A DNA stretch of 60,897 nt, filler included, from Piptocephalis cylindrospora (GCA_003614145.1; 13 parts of 13 records of this genome joined end to end with filler, not necessarily neighbours in it); one strand, 5' to 3'. Shown: positions 37,685-50,049, counted from the first letter of the whole stretch. Translations and numbers: made by a program. Notes: generated from the sequence alone by a model not told the origin.

Positions 37685-39493
37685 ATGACGCCTACCAGCC
37701 CTCATGCCCAAGGGCTCTTAAATGACCCTCCCACCCCCTCCTTCCCTCCTCCGTCCCCATCTTCCTCTCCAACTTCACCACCACAGAGAGGAAGGATCGG
37801 CACGGCCTTCCATCATCTCCGTCGCTTCCTTGCCTTCGTTGGCCCGGGCTGGATGGTCTCCGTGGGCTATATGGACCCGGGAAACTGGGCAACCGATATG
37901 GAGGCCGGGGCCAGGTATCAATACAGCCTGCTCTTTGTTCTCCTGATCGCCAACCTCATGGCCATCCTTCTCCAGTCCCTCACCGTTCGACTGGGCGTTA
38001 TCACCGGCCTGGACCTGGCTCAGGCCAGTCGTGTCCATTTTCCTCGTCGGCTCAACCTCTTTCTTTATTTTTTGTGCGAATTCGCCATCATTGCTTGTGA
38101 TCTCGCCGAGGTCATTGGGGCTGCCGTGGCTATGCAATTGCTCTTTGGTCTTCCTCTCTGGGCCGGGTGCCTTCTAACCCTCGTTGACGTCATCATCATC
38201 CTCGGGCTCCTTTCCCTCGCCGGACGCCGCATGTCCCGATTGGGCGCGGCTCCGGGTGAAGAATCCCTGCTGCCCACCCGGATCCTCGAAGGCTTTGTCA
38301 TGTTCCTGGTGGGTGGAGTGGCCATTTGCTTCATTGTTCTCCTGGGACGAGTCCAAGCCCCCACCGGCCCCGTCCTCAAGGGCTTTCTCCCCACCATTGA
38401 GCCCCTCACCTCAGCCAACGGACTGTGGATTTCTCTGGGCATCATTGGCGCCACTGTCATGCCCCACAACCTCTATCTCCACTCCCATACCGTCAAGGCC
38501 CGTGCATTCACCCATGAGTACCCCGTGTGTGAATCCATCAAAGTTCCTCCTTCTCCTTCTCCCTCCCCGGACCCATCCGGGGAGAGTAGCGAAGAGGAGG
38601 GAGAGGGTGATGGGTTCCGGTCCTCCCCCTCCTCCAGGGCCTTCCCCTCCTCCTCCCAACGCTGGTATAGCTCCTGGATTTCCAGTACGGAGGGGGAGCC
38701 CCAGCTCCGGCGGCGCCAGGGAGGCGAGAGCATCCAATGGACCATCTGGCTCTCCCTCCTCGACATGATCGTCGCTCTAGCCCTGGCTGTCTTTGTAAAT
38801 GCCGCCATCCTCATCGTGTCCGGTGCCGCTTTTTACGGTCTGGATGATGCCGAGGCCGCTGGGTCGGCGGACCTCTTTGACGCACACTCTCTCCTAGGAA
38901 AATATCTGGGGCAGGGAGCTGCCACCATCTTTGCCATTGCTCTTCTCCTTTCCGGGCTCTCCGCTACTGTAACAGCTACTTTGGCTGGGCAAGTGGTCAT
39001 GGAGGGCTTCCTGGGTCTCGGGCTTAAACCCTGGATCCGTCGTTTCCTCTCCCGAGGTATCGCCGTCATCCCCGCCACCCTCATTGCCGCCATTAGTGGT
39101 CGGCAGGGCCTTGGGGACCTCCTTTTATGGAGTCAAGTCATCCTCTCCCTCCAACTCCCCTTTGCCGTCATTCCCCTTGTCTACCTCACTTCCTCCTCTA
39201 GGATCATGAAAGCTGGGGGTCAAGGGGACTCGATTGGAAAGACCGATCGGCTACTACGGCAGGAGGACATTGGACCGGACTCTGATCTAGATTATAGTGG
39301 TTCTGAGGATGGAACAAGGGATGATCAGGGGTCCCCAGTCCCCAAATCCTCCTCCTCGACTCATCCATCCAGCCGACCTCGTCAATCTTGGGCCAATCCC
39401 TCTTGGTTGACTGTACTAGGTTGGATGGTAGCAGCGATCATTGTGTGTTTAAACATGGTCCTGCTTGTTCAAATGGCCATTGGTACCGAGTGA
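37685..39493 (+). CDS. NRAMP-family divalent metal (Mn/Fe) transporter, Smf-like
   Basis: GPGWMVSVGYMDPGNW (TM1), DLAEVIG, GATVMPHNLYLHS (TM6), TLAGQVVMEGF and SQVILSLQLPFA. Intronless. Confidence 0.95.
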   Translation: MTPTSPHAQGLLNDPPTPSFPPPSPSSSPTSPPQRGRIGTAFHHLRRFLAFVGPGWMVSVGYMDPGNWATDMEAGARYQYSLLFVLLIANLMAILLQSLTVRLGVITGLDLAQASRVHFPRRLNLFLYFLCEFAIIACDLAEVIGAAVAMQLLFGLPLWAGCLLTLVDVIIILGLLSLAGRRMSRLGAAPGEESLLPTRILEGFVMFLVGGVAICFIVLLGRVQAPTGPVLKGFLPTIEPLTSANGLWISLGIIGATVMPHNLYLHSHTVKARAFTHEYPVCESIKVPPSPSPSPDPSGESSEEEGEGDGFRSSPSSRAFPSSSQRWYSSWISSTEGEPQLRRRQGGESIQWTIWLSLLDMIVALALAVFVNAAILIVSGAAFYGLDDAEAAGSADLFDAHSLLGKYLGQGAATIFAIALLLSGLSATVTATLAGQVVMEGFLGLGLKPWIRRFLSRGIAVIPATLIAAISGRQGLGDLLLWSQVILSLQLPFAVIPLVYLTSSSRIMKAGGQGDSIGKTDRLLRQEDIGPDSDLDYSGSEDGTRDDQGSPVPKSSSSTHPSSRPRQSWANPSWLTVLGWMVAAIIVCLNMVLLVQMAIGTE

Positions 39494-39899
39494 TCTAGGC
39501 GAGAGTTGAGGAGATTTGTGCTGTGATGACGTAAAACGACTTTTTATATTTTTTATATGCCAAGTAGATGAATTTTTTTCTTCATATTCTCTTGAGTATG
39601 TCTCCCTAGTCTTTTGGGTGTAGTTCCCCTATGAGACAATACCTTTTTCAACAATGAGCATGCCTCCCTCTAGATATTGAATGAATAGCAATGCCCACAA
39701 AGGAGGGTAGAATGAAGTGAGAAAGAGAGGGAGAGTGGACTAGGGGATTGATCATCTTCCATACGTCTTCCCCACCCCTACACCGGCTTATATTACCCCA
39801 TGTCCAATCCCTTCCCCCACCCAGCCCTAAAAAACCAAACCACTCACCCATCATCTACTCATCTCACAGGCCGCATCATGACACATAATCCCATACAGA

Positions 39900-40878
39900 C
39901 TAAAAGTGCATGGTCTTCCTCTTCCACTCGACCACTACACTCTGCCTCGCGCTCTTCCTGGCTTCCTCCATAGTTCCAAGGACCTCCTGGGCCCACTCGC
40001 TCTTAGGTCCTCGAGGAGGATTCCCAGTGCTACGGGCCCGAGTCATCCGCGCAGGAAGGCCGCTAGACCTTCGCTCCCTTCGATCCTTGGCCATGGCCTT
40101 TTGGTCTGTGGAGGAGGGTAAAGGACCATCGTGGACCAAGGATGAGGGAAGTTGGAAGAGGTCGATGGCGGGGAAGGTATCAGTACCGAGGGGTGATAGG
40201 CCCAGAGAAGGGGCTGGAGACACGGGCATGGTAAAGCGCTTGGAGGATGTGGATGTGGATCCGGACACCTTGACTGGCTTGGGCGAGGGTGGCAAGGTGG
40301 AGGGATGAAGGACGAGGCTAAGGGAGGGATGATCCGAAAACTCGTCCTGCCCCTTCATCTTGGCCTTTGCCCTTCCTTCCTCTTCCTGTCCACGGGGATC
40401 ATGCGGACTTTGTCTCTTTTTATACGCATAGGCCGACACGGTCAGGAGACCCACAAGGCCCACTACGGCCACCACACTTCCCACGATTGTGGCCACTGAG
40501 GTTGCGGCCGATCCTCCCGTTGAGGCTACGGGAGATTCCTATATGAATCGGGAAGGATGAGTCAGGGGGGGAGGGGGGGGGGGGGGGGGGGGGAAAGGGG
40601 GGGAGAACCCCCACAGGGGGGGGGAAAAACGCCCCCTCCTCCTCCGTCTGGGCCTGGCCCCAGATGATGACTGTCTGTATGCAAAGAAATGGATGAGAGG
40701 GATGAGCGTCCAGATCGTAATGTGGGAGCCTGCATTAAAGAGTAACCGTGGTGGTCACATCATGATGCACAAGGGAAAAGCTTTACCGTGGAAGGGCAGA
40801 GACATCCAAAGTATGGATCAACAAGACGACCATCCCAGCCAGGATCAACAACCGAGGTCCGACAGTTAGAGAGGACAT
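39900..40878 (-). CDS. Putative type I single-pass membrane protein (exon structure uncertain)
   Basis: Signal-peptide-like first exon from ATG 40878 (MSSLTVGPRLLILAGMVVLLIHTLDVSALP). Last exon has TM helix IVGSVVAVVGLVGLLTVSAYAY followed by KKR and a Ser/Pro-rich tail. The middle lies in low-quality poly-G sequence. Confidence 0.5.
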
Positions 40879-42769
40879 GGTGAGAAGTGGAGGATGACGA
40901 ATAGTAATAGGAAGGAGGGGATGGGTCTATCAGGATAAAATGGGGTGGCCGAACAATAGACTGGGTTTAGAGTAAAGGGGAGGGAGAAGGGAGAGAAAAG
41001 GAAAGGAAGAAAAGAGTGAGTAAGATTTGGAGAGAAATGTCTGCTAATGTTATCATACTATCAGGAGGGAAGTGGGTATCTTTCCAAAGTGTGTGCATAT
41101 GGGGGTTTAAACATCCCCCCTCCCTCTTTGTACAGGCCCTTCCCATTGAACCAAGGTGCGCCTACATCATGCACTTACCAGCTGAGCAAAATGATGGTCA
41201 AGGGGTTTTAGGGAGAGTCGATTGGCGGCGGCAGTGCGAGAAGGAGAGGGGAGAGGAAAAGACAGGGGAGGAGGGAAAGAGAGAGAGAGAGGGAGGAGTA
41301 TTGGTGCTCAGAGGTAAAAATGTCACCTAGGGCGAGCTTGGAATGACCGGGGCTAATCCAAAGGAGAGAGAGGGAGGCGGGAAGAAAGAGATGAGGAGAG
41401 GCGGAGTAGGCACGACCTGACACACGCACACACAGGGAGAGGAAATGGTGGAGATACACGCACACACAAAGTAGGGTAGGGTAATAGGTACGCACAAACG
41501 CACGCAGGCCTTTCTACGGGGGATGAGAGCGGTAGGAGGGGACCGGGGGGGGAGGGATACGCGCGAGAACAGAAGGGTCTGACGTAGAACGGAGGAGGGA
41601 GAAAAGGGGAGGGGATAAAGTTGAATTCGAGAAGAAGGAGGAAAAAAGGGGGTAAAGGCCAGGGAATTAAGAGAGCGAAGGTTACGTACACACACGGGTA
41701 CGACGTGACAGTACGGCCGGTAGAGGAGAAGGAGGGAAGGGAGAAAGTCGAAGATGGGAGAAGGATATCTCAAACACTGAATCACTAGGAGGCAGGACCA
41801 AGACTATTCCAAAGAGGTAGAAGGGAGAAATAAGGTAAGGGGGGAATAAAAGGAGGAAAGAGAGGAACAAGGAATGACAATTAAAAGAGAGATCAAGTGG
41901 GGGAGACAAGAGTGGAATAGCACTAGTTGGGGGAGAGGACCATTGAGACACACACGCACCCAGGAAGAGGAAAGAGGATGGACGAGTAGGAGAGGACCAC
42001 AAGCAAAGACAGGTGTGCAGGGGCGGGGGTGAAGGGACCAGGAAAGGAGTGAGAAAAGATAGATCGGATTGCCAATGGGGAACGAGGACAGGAGCGATGG
42101 AGAGGGGGGGGGGGGGGAAGGGGGAAGGGGAAAGGTAAAGGCGTTTGGGGGGCGGAGGGGGACGTGTTGGGGGGGGAGGGGAGAAAAGGTAGGAGGGGAA
42201 AACCAAAAAAAAAAAGAGGGTTATCCAACGATACCTCACCCTACCCCCCCCCTCTCCGGAAANNNNNNNNNNNNNNNNNNNNNNNNNNNNNNNNNNNNNN
42301 NNNNNNTTAATTAATTAANNNNNNNNNNNNNNNNNNNNNNNNNNNNNNNNNNNNNNNNNNNNTATATTGCATGTCGTCAGGATGCTGTGCCTCGGACCTT
42401 CAAGGAGATTGCCGCTCAAGAACAGGGAGTTGAAATGAGAAAGAAGAGGGGAAATGGAAGGGGGAGAGGAGGGGGAAGGTTCCAGATCTTTCTTCAAATC
42501 TTTATCTGACTTGTTACTCTGTGCCTTACTCGTAGGTACGAGGTCAGGTGGAAAGGAGTAGTGGTGAAGGCTTTAAAGGCCTGTTTCCGACGCCTGCCTA
42601 AGGGGGAGAGAGGAGGGAAAGGGAGGGAGGGAGGAGGTTGGGATCCTAGATGATGGTGGAGTGGTAAGAAGGAAAGAGTGACTGGGAAGGGTGATGTGGC
42701 AAGGGCTCTGAATAAGACGATACTTTATTGGGACTGAGGATACCCTTTGTCTAGGCTTGGCTTTATGTG

Positions 42770-42832
42770 GTGTGTCTGTGTCTGTGTGTGCATGTGTCTG
42801 TGTGTGTGTCTGTCTCTGTGTGTGTCTGTGTG
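42770..42832. repeat. Compound TG/TC microsatellite
   Basis: Imperfect (TG)n/(TGTC)n run. Confidence 0.8.
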
Positions 42833-42901
42833 AGTATGTGAATGAGCGTGTCTCCAGGTATTATAATAATAGGTTTGTGTATGGACAGCAGTAGGAGACA
42901 G

Positions 42902-43170
42902 TGTAGAGGCTTACCAGCGGTTACCATTAGCTGTCTTAGATATAAAACTTATGCTGTGTGATTGGCAAGTGCGATGGTGAGCCATTTGTTGTTGATCATC
43001 CATCAGGGGGTTATTCATGTCTCATGAGAAGTGTGCTTTATAACTACCATTCATCAATGATGAGTGATTTACCCGATGGCTTTATTCTGTTGGATGGACA
43101 GGGTAAGAGTATAGAAACTTGCTTTGATTATTTAGTGATAGTAAAATTCAAACGGCATCTTGGATCAACA
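42902..43170. mobile_element. Candidate solo LTR (TGTAG...CAACA, 269 bp)
   Basis: TG...CA ends with an imperfect terminal inverted repeat. The 5' end TGTAGAGGC...AGCGGT resembles the reverse complement of 51381-51401. No target-site duplication is visible. Confidence 0.3.
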
Positions 43171-43714
43171 AGGTAGATGATACAGCGTAGAAAGGATCAT
43201 CTTTAGCAGAGCATACCACCCTCCCGCTTCCTCCTAATAGCAGTAAGATGAAGATAGGGGCCTTCCTTCCATCGGACAAAGGGATAAGCCAAAGCATCGT
43301 CTTCTTTTTGCATATTGGCAAGGACAAGGTAGCATACCGCTAAAGGCTCCATCTACCCATGCTTGTAACCATTTGACCCTTCTAAGCAAGAAAAGACAAG
43401 GCCAGGGGCTCCTCTTCATGTCGTGTGAATCAAGGGTACTTGACCAAGCATGCTTCAATGAGCGAAAAGTGTTTCGCGTGGGATGTGCTGAACGCTAAAG
43501 ATGCTGATGTTCATAGTACAATGTGTCTCCTGAGTCGACATGGGGTTGGAATTCGTTGAGAAATTTATACCTTAGCAGCTTGTTCTAGCAGTTTGAAATT
43601 TAATGAAGAAACATATATTTAAATCGAGATGGTGCATCATCCGCCTCGCCCATCATCCTAGAACATTATCATTTTCCTTTCAATTCATCCTACATTGACT
43701 TTTCTTGGAGCAAC

Positions 43715-43897
43715 ATGCATCTTCCATTCACTCTTGCCTTTGTTGGATTCTTGGTTAGTATCTCGGTCATGGCTGCTCCCTCCGAGCTCATTCCCACGGC
43801 GTATTGCCCCTTTGGCCCTGGCAGTCCGGGGGCGCTGTCCATCTGTGAGATACCGCCCGAGGTTTTTCTTCCCGGCAATGCTCCTCGCTCTTCCTAA
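43715..43897 (+). CDS. Small secreted peptide, 60 aa, two Cys
   Basis: ATG ORF with signal peptide MHLPFTLAFVGFLVSISVMA|AP and a Pro-rich mature part. TATA-like TATATTTAAA about 100 bp upstream. Confidence 0.5.
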   Translation: MHLPFTLAFVGFLVSISVMAAPSELIPTAYCPFGPGSPGALSICEIPPEVFLPGNAPRSS

Positions 43898-44335
43898 ATA
43901 CATCGGTGGGGTCATTCCTTAATATTCCCATGAAGAGGGATAAGATAGGGATTAGGTACAATGTCGGTATGTGGCTTCCTTATCCTAATGTACATCTCTG
44001 ACATGTCCATAGCCATGCTCCTGCACATTCTTCCAATCTTCCATGGATAGATACATCGTAACCAGGAAGGCCTTGGCCTTCTTCCCTTTCCACTCCAATA
44101 CACGCCACTTGACCAGATCACATGTAGGATTTGACTCAATTAACCTAGCCAATTTTACTGTGGGGATTTTGAATACGCATTTTGGTTTTGAAAGCTAACT
44201 CCGTCCTTTGATGCCGCCTCTTCCTTCATTCACCCCTGTTCTCGCCATCTCCCTTTTCTTTTCTTGATCCCTTCATTTCACGCCGGTTTCATTCACTCTT
44301 CCTCCTCCTTCTCCTCTCACATCCTACTCCTGGAT

Positions 44336-44629
44336 ATGTCTTCCCCCTCCTCCCCCACCCAGACTTCCTCTGCGGAAAATAAGGTCAAGGTCCGGCCAGC
44401 CGTTAAGGATATCAACACTTCGGTCCTGATCAAGCTCATTGGCTTTTTCGTCGCCCTGGTCCTCGTCCCCATCCTCACCTACTTTTACTGTCTCAACAGT
44501 ATCTTTACCGACAACCCCACCTACAGCGCTTTTGCTGCTGCTGCCATGGCCAATGTCATTGTCTTTGCCTATGTCGGCGTCGCGTACGTCGAGGACCTCC
44601 AGGAGGATAACAAGGAGAAGACGGCTTGA
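44336..44629 (+). CDS. VMA21: V-ATPase assembly factor Vma21
   Basis: VLIKLIGFFVALVLVPILTYF and SAFAAAAMANVIVFAYVGVAYVED (two TMs). C-terminal KEKTA fits KxKxx ER retrieval. Confidence 0.88.
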   Translation: MSSPSSPTQTSSAENKVKVRPAVKDINTSVLIKLIGFFVALVLVPILTYFYCLNSIFTDNPTYSAFAAAAMANVIVFAYVGVAYVEDLQEDNKEKTA

Positions 44630-45032
44630 TGTGGTTTCTTGATGATGAATGGACCCTATGGAAGTAGATCATAATGAGTAATAGCAACCTTGTTTTTCTT
44701 TCGTTTTGCCCTATTCTCCCCTGGAATGATGGATTGCGTGAATGATAAAAGAAAGAATAAGATGGCTAGGAGGAGGGATCATGACTGGACATAGCAATCC
44801 ATCAGATAAAGCAGTCAGATGCGAGAGTCGAGAGGATCGTTTCGATGTAGTAGAACGCGTTTTAAGTCTTGGGACAGCCACGGTGGAGATACATCAACAA
44901 ACTACGCGCTCAGCAAGGGGGAGTTGGGGCCTTGCGCGTATAAAGAGAGGGCAAATCCTCCCTCAATGCTCTTCCTCTCCCCTCCCCTGTCCCCTCCTCC
45001 CTCTCTCCTTCCCTCTCTCTCCTCCTTTCAGT

Positions 45033-46237
45033 ATGACCGTTAATGCAGAAGTTGTCCGGTAAGATACCTTTGTACGGGCTGACAGTCGACCCTCTCCACC
45101 GCCCTGAACATCTTGTCCTTTTCCTTGACCAATAGACCCGGTGAAGCACCTTATATTCCTGAGGGTCGAGTAACTCGATCGCGCTCTCGTCTAGCCCTTA
45201 ATTCCTCCTCGTCTTCCCTTAGTACTCGCATTGAGCAGAGAGTGCCAAGTAAAACTACTGCGTCAAAATCGACACCCCGCAAAGCAACCCCACCCAAACC
45301 TAAGGACGATTACGATCAATGTATCATTGAATACACCAACGATCGGGATCGGGCTAATGAGCTCATACTCTCTTTAGACACGTAAGTCACCTTTACTTCT
45401 CATTTTCTCTCTCTCTCTTCTTCTCTCCGCTCCACTCAAGCATGATACATGCATTAACAGCCTCCCCTCTCTCAATCCAGATCCCATCCCGTCTACGGAC
45501 TGGATATTGAATGGAGACCAACCTTTGGCGGACCCCAAGGGAAGGCGGCCCTGATGCAGTTGTGCATTGGGAAACGTATTCTTCTCCTTCACCTCATCCA
45601 TATGGAGAGTATACCCGAGGCTCTCTGTCATTTCCTCGAAGACCCTACCAAACTTAAGACTGGCCTGGGCATTAAAGCGGACGTTCGGAAATTGAACCGT
45701 GACTACGGTCTAACCACCCGAGGCGTCCTTGACCTTACTCCTTGGGTCAAGGCTCTGGGCGTCAAGGGGATGAAAAAGTTTACTCTGGCCTCCCTGTCCT
45801 CTTATTTCCTGGGTCGGGAGCTAGAAAAGGGTCCCGTTCGCATGGGGAACTGGGAGAGGACTCCATTGAACCCGGGTCAATTCGACTATGCCGCCATTGA
45901 TGCCTATGTATGTGCGATCCGTAGGAAAAAGGGGGAGAGTCGATACTCATTTCATGCCCTCTATTAGGTATCGCACCGGCTGTACTATCCTCTTGAAGAA
46001 ATGTGGAGGAAAAGCGAAAATAAGATGAAGCTAGCACCCGTGGTCTTTGATTTGATAGAGGTATCTCAAGGAGTATGGGACTGGGCCGTCGGGGAAGGAT
46101 CCGAAGAGACTATCCTCTCCCTGGCCTCTCCTAGGCCCAAGGATCAAGAAGCCATATGCTATGTGGATGCGGTCATCGAAACCTGTGCTAAGGAGGAGGC
46201 GGAAGGAAGTGTGTCCGAGAAAGCCCTGCAGGGATAA
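45033..46237 (+). CDS. Stand-alone WRN/EXD2-type DEDDy 3'-5' exonuclease; join(45033..45058,45136..45381,45481..45907,45968..46237)
   Basis: ExoI GLDIEW, ALMQLC, ExoII KTGLGIKADVRKL, and ExoIII NWERTPLNPGQFDYAAIDAY. Intron phases are compatible. Confidence 0.85.
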
Positions 46238-47437
46238 TGCTAGCGTGATCCATCGTCCCCATCCTCAGCACAATGTCCACAGACACCACTAAGACAAGGA
46301 AGGAGAGGGATGGGCGACTGTATGCACCAGATGACTATACGGTGGGGAAGCAAGAGGACGGTCCGATCAATCTGGGTCATCTCGACGAAAACAATATCCA
46401 TCTCTCTTCCCTCTCACCCATCCAATTGAATCCGCTCAATGGGGTGATCCTTGTCAACCTGGCAATGGTCACATGGATTCATTCGTGAACCATTTCTTCT
46501 TCTTTTCGTACCATTCACCTTGCTCGTCGTCCCCTCATTTATTTTCTCATATCCCTCATCCATCTATCTTCCTCCCCGGGTGGGCCTCTTTGCCTCTCTT
46601 GCAACAAAAGAGAAGACAGGGTCCTTTTTGTGGGGTAATAGCAGCCTTTTGGGTTCCTTAGCCCCCCTCTTCCTTAACCACCATCGTAAGCGCGTTCCGC
46701 CTGGTTGGTCCCAGGTGACCTTGAAAGGGGGGCGGAGCGGAGTATAATGGGCAAGGCGTAATGGGACAGTTCTGCATCCAGATGATGGTAGGAGTGGTTG
46801 CGAACGTAGCGATGTGGGCCAATTGGGGGGGAGGGGAAAGGATAAGTGGATGGGTGAGGAGAGGGAAGGGGGGGGGGGAGAGGAGGGGCGGCCCTGCCTC
46901 TCCCCTTATGAACCTCCCCCTCATAACGGNNNNNNNNNNNNNNNNNNNNNNNNNNNNNNNNNNNNNNNNNNNNTTAATTAATTAANNNNNNNNNNNNNNN
47001 NNNNNNNNNNNNNNNNNNNNNNNNNNNNNACCATTTCAATGATCATGATCTATCCATAACCCGCCTAGAGGCCGGCCTGCGTGGTACCAGGGACAGAGAC
47101 CCCAACGCGTACCCTATAGTTCAATAATATTCCTAGTTGTACTTCCTCGAAATGACAGTTGCATCCTAAATAACATAATAAAAGTAATAACTTCATTGGC
47201 AGACCTATGTAAAAAGAACCCGAGAAAGTAGGACAGGACAGGGAAAGATGAGAGACCTAGTCTTTCGCTCGTATGTATCACTTTAGTCATAGTTCATACA
47301 AGGTGCTGTAGTTATAAGTGTAGACTCTCCTCACTGCCTATCCCGATCTTAGGATCTATTATTCCACCTTTCCAGCAATGCCTGTACAGGAAGGGAATGT
47401 AAGTCGCTGAATAGCCCCGCCCAATCACCCACAATAG

Positions 47438-49486
47438 TTAGTGGATATGATATACCTTAGGGATTTGATCCAATTCCTCGGGATACACTCCGCTCCAGTT
47501 CAAATCATCTTGCAATGCTCGATTTGTAAGGTCCTCCAGGCAGGATGGTTCAATTGCACAACTAGGATGGGTTTCTGGCCTCGTTCGGGCTTGATCAAGG
47601 GAGCACGCATTTTTGAGGACCCATCGGATAGCCGCCGCGTCCATACGGTAGTCATCAGGGCGCAGAAGCGGGTCCTGGAGGAGCTGGGGGATGGTACGGC
47701 GTCGCTTAGGATCATGCTGAAGGCACGCCCGAATCGTGGCAATCCCATCCACATTCACCCTGACCCGGATCTTCGATCTCTCATTTGATCTCGCAGGTTC
47801 TGATGAGCCCTCCCCCTTCCGCCTCTCCCCCTCATCCCCATGCGCTATCCTGAGATTCCCGTCCGAACCATAATATAGCCACTCGGGGTAATGAATGACG
47901 GAAGACTCATTCACGATAATATGCATCTTGTTCGGGATCTTATGTTTTTCGAAGGGAGTATGATCGTAGAGCGTTTGATAAAGGATGCAGCCGAGGGACC
48001 AGGCGTCACTGGCCAGCCCCATCCTTATCACCGCCCTCCCTATACTTCGGTCCTCTCTGGTATCCCGTAGAGATTCGGGGCTCATGTAGTCCGCCGTTCC
48101 GAACTTCCGGTGGCTACAGCTCTCGTTGGAACCACTAGGGATACGTTTGGCGATCCCAAAATCAATCAACTTTAAGTTGCCCCGAACGAGGAGGAAGTTA
48201 GCGGGCTTCAAATCGGAATGCACGATCCCCTCATCATGGATGCTTTGAACGGCCAAAAGCATCTGCTTCCAGTACGAGCGGACGAAGGTCATATCCTTCT
48301 CCCGACCTTTCCACTGATTCAGAATGCTCGCCAAATCCACATCTCCGATCTCCATGAGCATGAAGATGTAGTCGTTCTCCAGGGTGATTTCGTAATCATA
48401 CAGCTGGACAATGCGATCTTTGTTCCTTAATCCCCGAAGAAAATCGATCTCGTTCATGAACATCTCCTGCTCGTCTCTTGAGGCTCCCTCCAGTTTGACA
48501 CACTTCAAGGCAAAGAGCTGGTTCTCCTCTGCCATGACACGGTATACGGAGCTACTTCCACCTCGACCAATGATACCCAGTATAGTAAAAATATCCTCCT
48601 TAAACTAGGGGGATACGTAGAAAGAGGATGAGTTAATGCATGGGCAAGGCAGAAGATTTGGAGAGAAAAGACATGAGCTCACCTGGACGAGGGCCGGGGA
48701 GCGGGCTCGGGGAGGAAGTATCTGACCATTATTCTCAGTGGGCACTGGATTCGGCTCATTTCCCGACTCTCTTTGGGGAGGCTTTGTAGAGGGGACTGCA
48801 GAGTGGGAAATGTGATCTGTTCTACCCGGTCCTACGGCCACATGAGACTCCTGAGAAGCTGATGAAGCGGAGTCCGGGGTTGACCTTGCAGGAGGCTCTG
48901 CACGATGATCGTGCCTTCGATGAGACCTTGGTCTGATGGAAAAACGAGAGGGGAATCTCGAGGTGGCATAAGGACTATCCCGGACCTCTCTCTTAACGGT
49001 GGAAACGCCCCGTACCTGTTCTTGGCCTTCCCACGAGCACACCTTCCCCTTTTTGCCCCGCTCCTTGGAGGAGGAAGGGGAGGATGCACCCGGGGGGAAA
49101 GGGTTTGAAATAGGCAGAACGCTCGTGGTTGAGGGAGCCCTACCTGTGGAAGCAGTAGGATCATCTGTGGAAGCAGTAGGGTCATTTGCGGAAGCAGTAG
49201 GGTCATCTGTAGAAGCAGTAGGATCAAGTCCTGTGGCTGGGGGAATCTCGCTCGCAGAAGAAGGCTGAGTAGAACCGAGGGGGAGGGAACCTGGAGGACG
49301 GTACATGGAGGGATGGTAATTGGAGTATGCCTCCATGCTCAGCGCAGCCTTGTCCCCCTCGTCAAAGATGGACGGAATAGTTAAGGTTTCGGTGGATGAC
49401 GCGTCGTCTTGACCATCATCAGGAGCCCTGGTCTCTTGCACCTTACTGTGCAGCTCAGGATAGTAATGATGAACCATCTTACACAT
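47438..49486 (-). CDS. MPS1/TTK-like dual-specificity protein kinase; join(49486..48683,48604..47438)
   Basis: IGRGGSSSVYRV, FALKCV, IVHSDLKPANFLLVRGNLKLIDFGIA, GTADYMSPES and DAWSLGCILYQ are typical of Mps1. Disordered N-terminal exon; start codon uncertain. Confidence 0.85.
49144..49226. repeat. 21-bp coding minisatellite (about 4 copies; DPTAS[T/A][D/N]) in the kinase N-terminus
   Basis: Repeated unit (C/T)TG(T/C)(G/A)GAAGCAGTAGG(A/G)TCAT. Confidence 0.9.
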
Positions 49487-50049
49487 AGATTGTATGAGGA
49501 GACGGAAACGGACGGTTGATTGGTTAAGGTGAGGCTGAGGCTGAGGGAATGGGTAGCTTATGACTGAACAGGGTAGATCACAAAATGGCTGATACGAGAT
49601 CGGGGATTAGCAGGGTGTGGACAGAAGAGGGGAGGAGGGGAGGGGAAAGGGAAAAGCATGGGGAGCTGGCTCGGGCGGAGTCTTCCCGCCCGCACGACCC
49701 TCTTAAATAGGTGTCCAAATACACTCCGATCCACGGCATACTACTGTGTAGTGGAATGACGCGGTAGAGCCACGTCATTCCATTTTCACCACTATGGCAG
49801 GTACACTGATTTCCGCTCTTTCCCTTTCGTTCATACGCTCTATTGTGAAAGGATGCCAGTATTTATACCGCCATGGACCCTTTTCTTCATTATCCTTCTT
49901 CTTGGAAATCATTCTTCATGAAGTAAAATACACTAGACGCGCATGAACCATACGATCAAGAAGAACTCATTACAGAAATCAAGGAATTACGATATATACT
50001 ACACCGGTGCACTTTCGATGCAGGGTTCTGCAAATTCCATCGCCAACCA

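Noticed and set aside
40960..42262. Pro/Leu/Phe-rich ORFs and G-tracts (also 12600-14076, 55650-56251)
   Set aside because: Translations of purine/pyrimidine-skewed non-coding DNA; the G-runs near contig ends are of doubtful quality.
46240..46929. Possible 3' exons of a minus-strand gene
   Set aside because: Splice-like signals exist, but I could not build a consistent frame or recognise a product.
49144..49226. Short direct repeats as a CRISPR array
   Set aside because: Head-to-tail 21-bp units without spacers, inside a eukaryotic exon.
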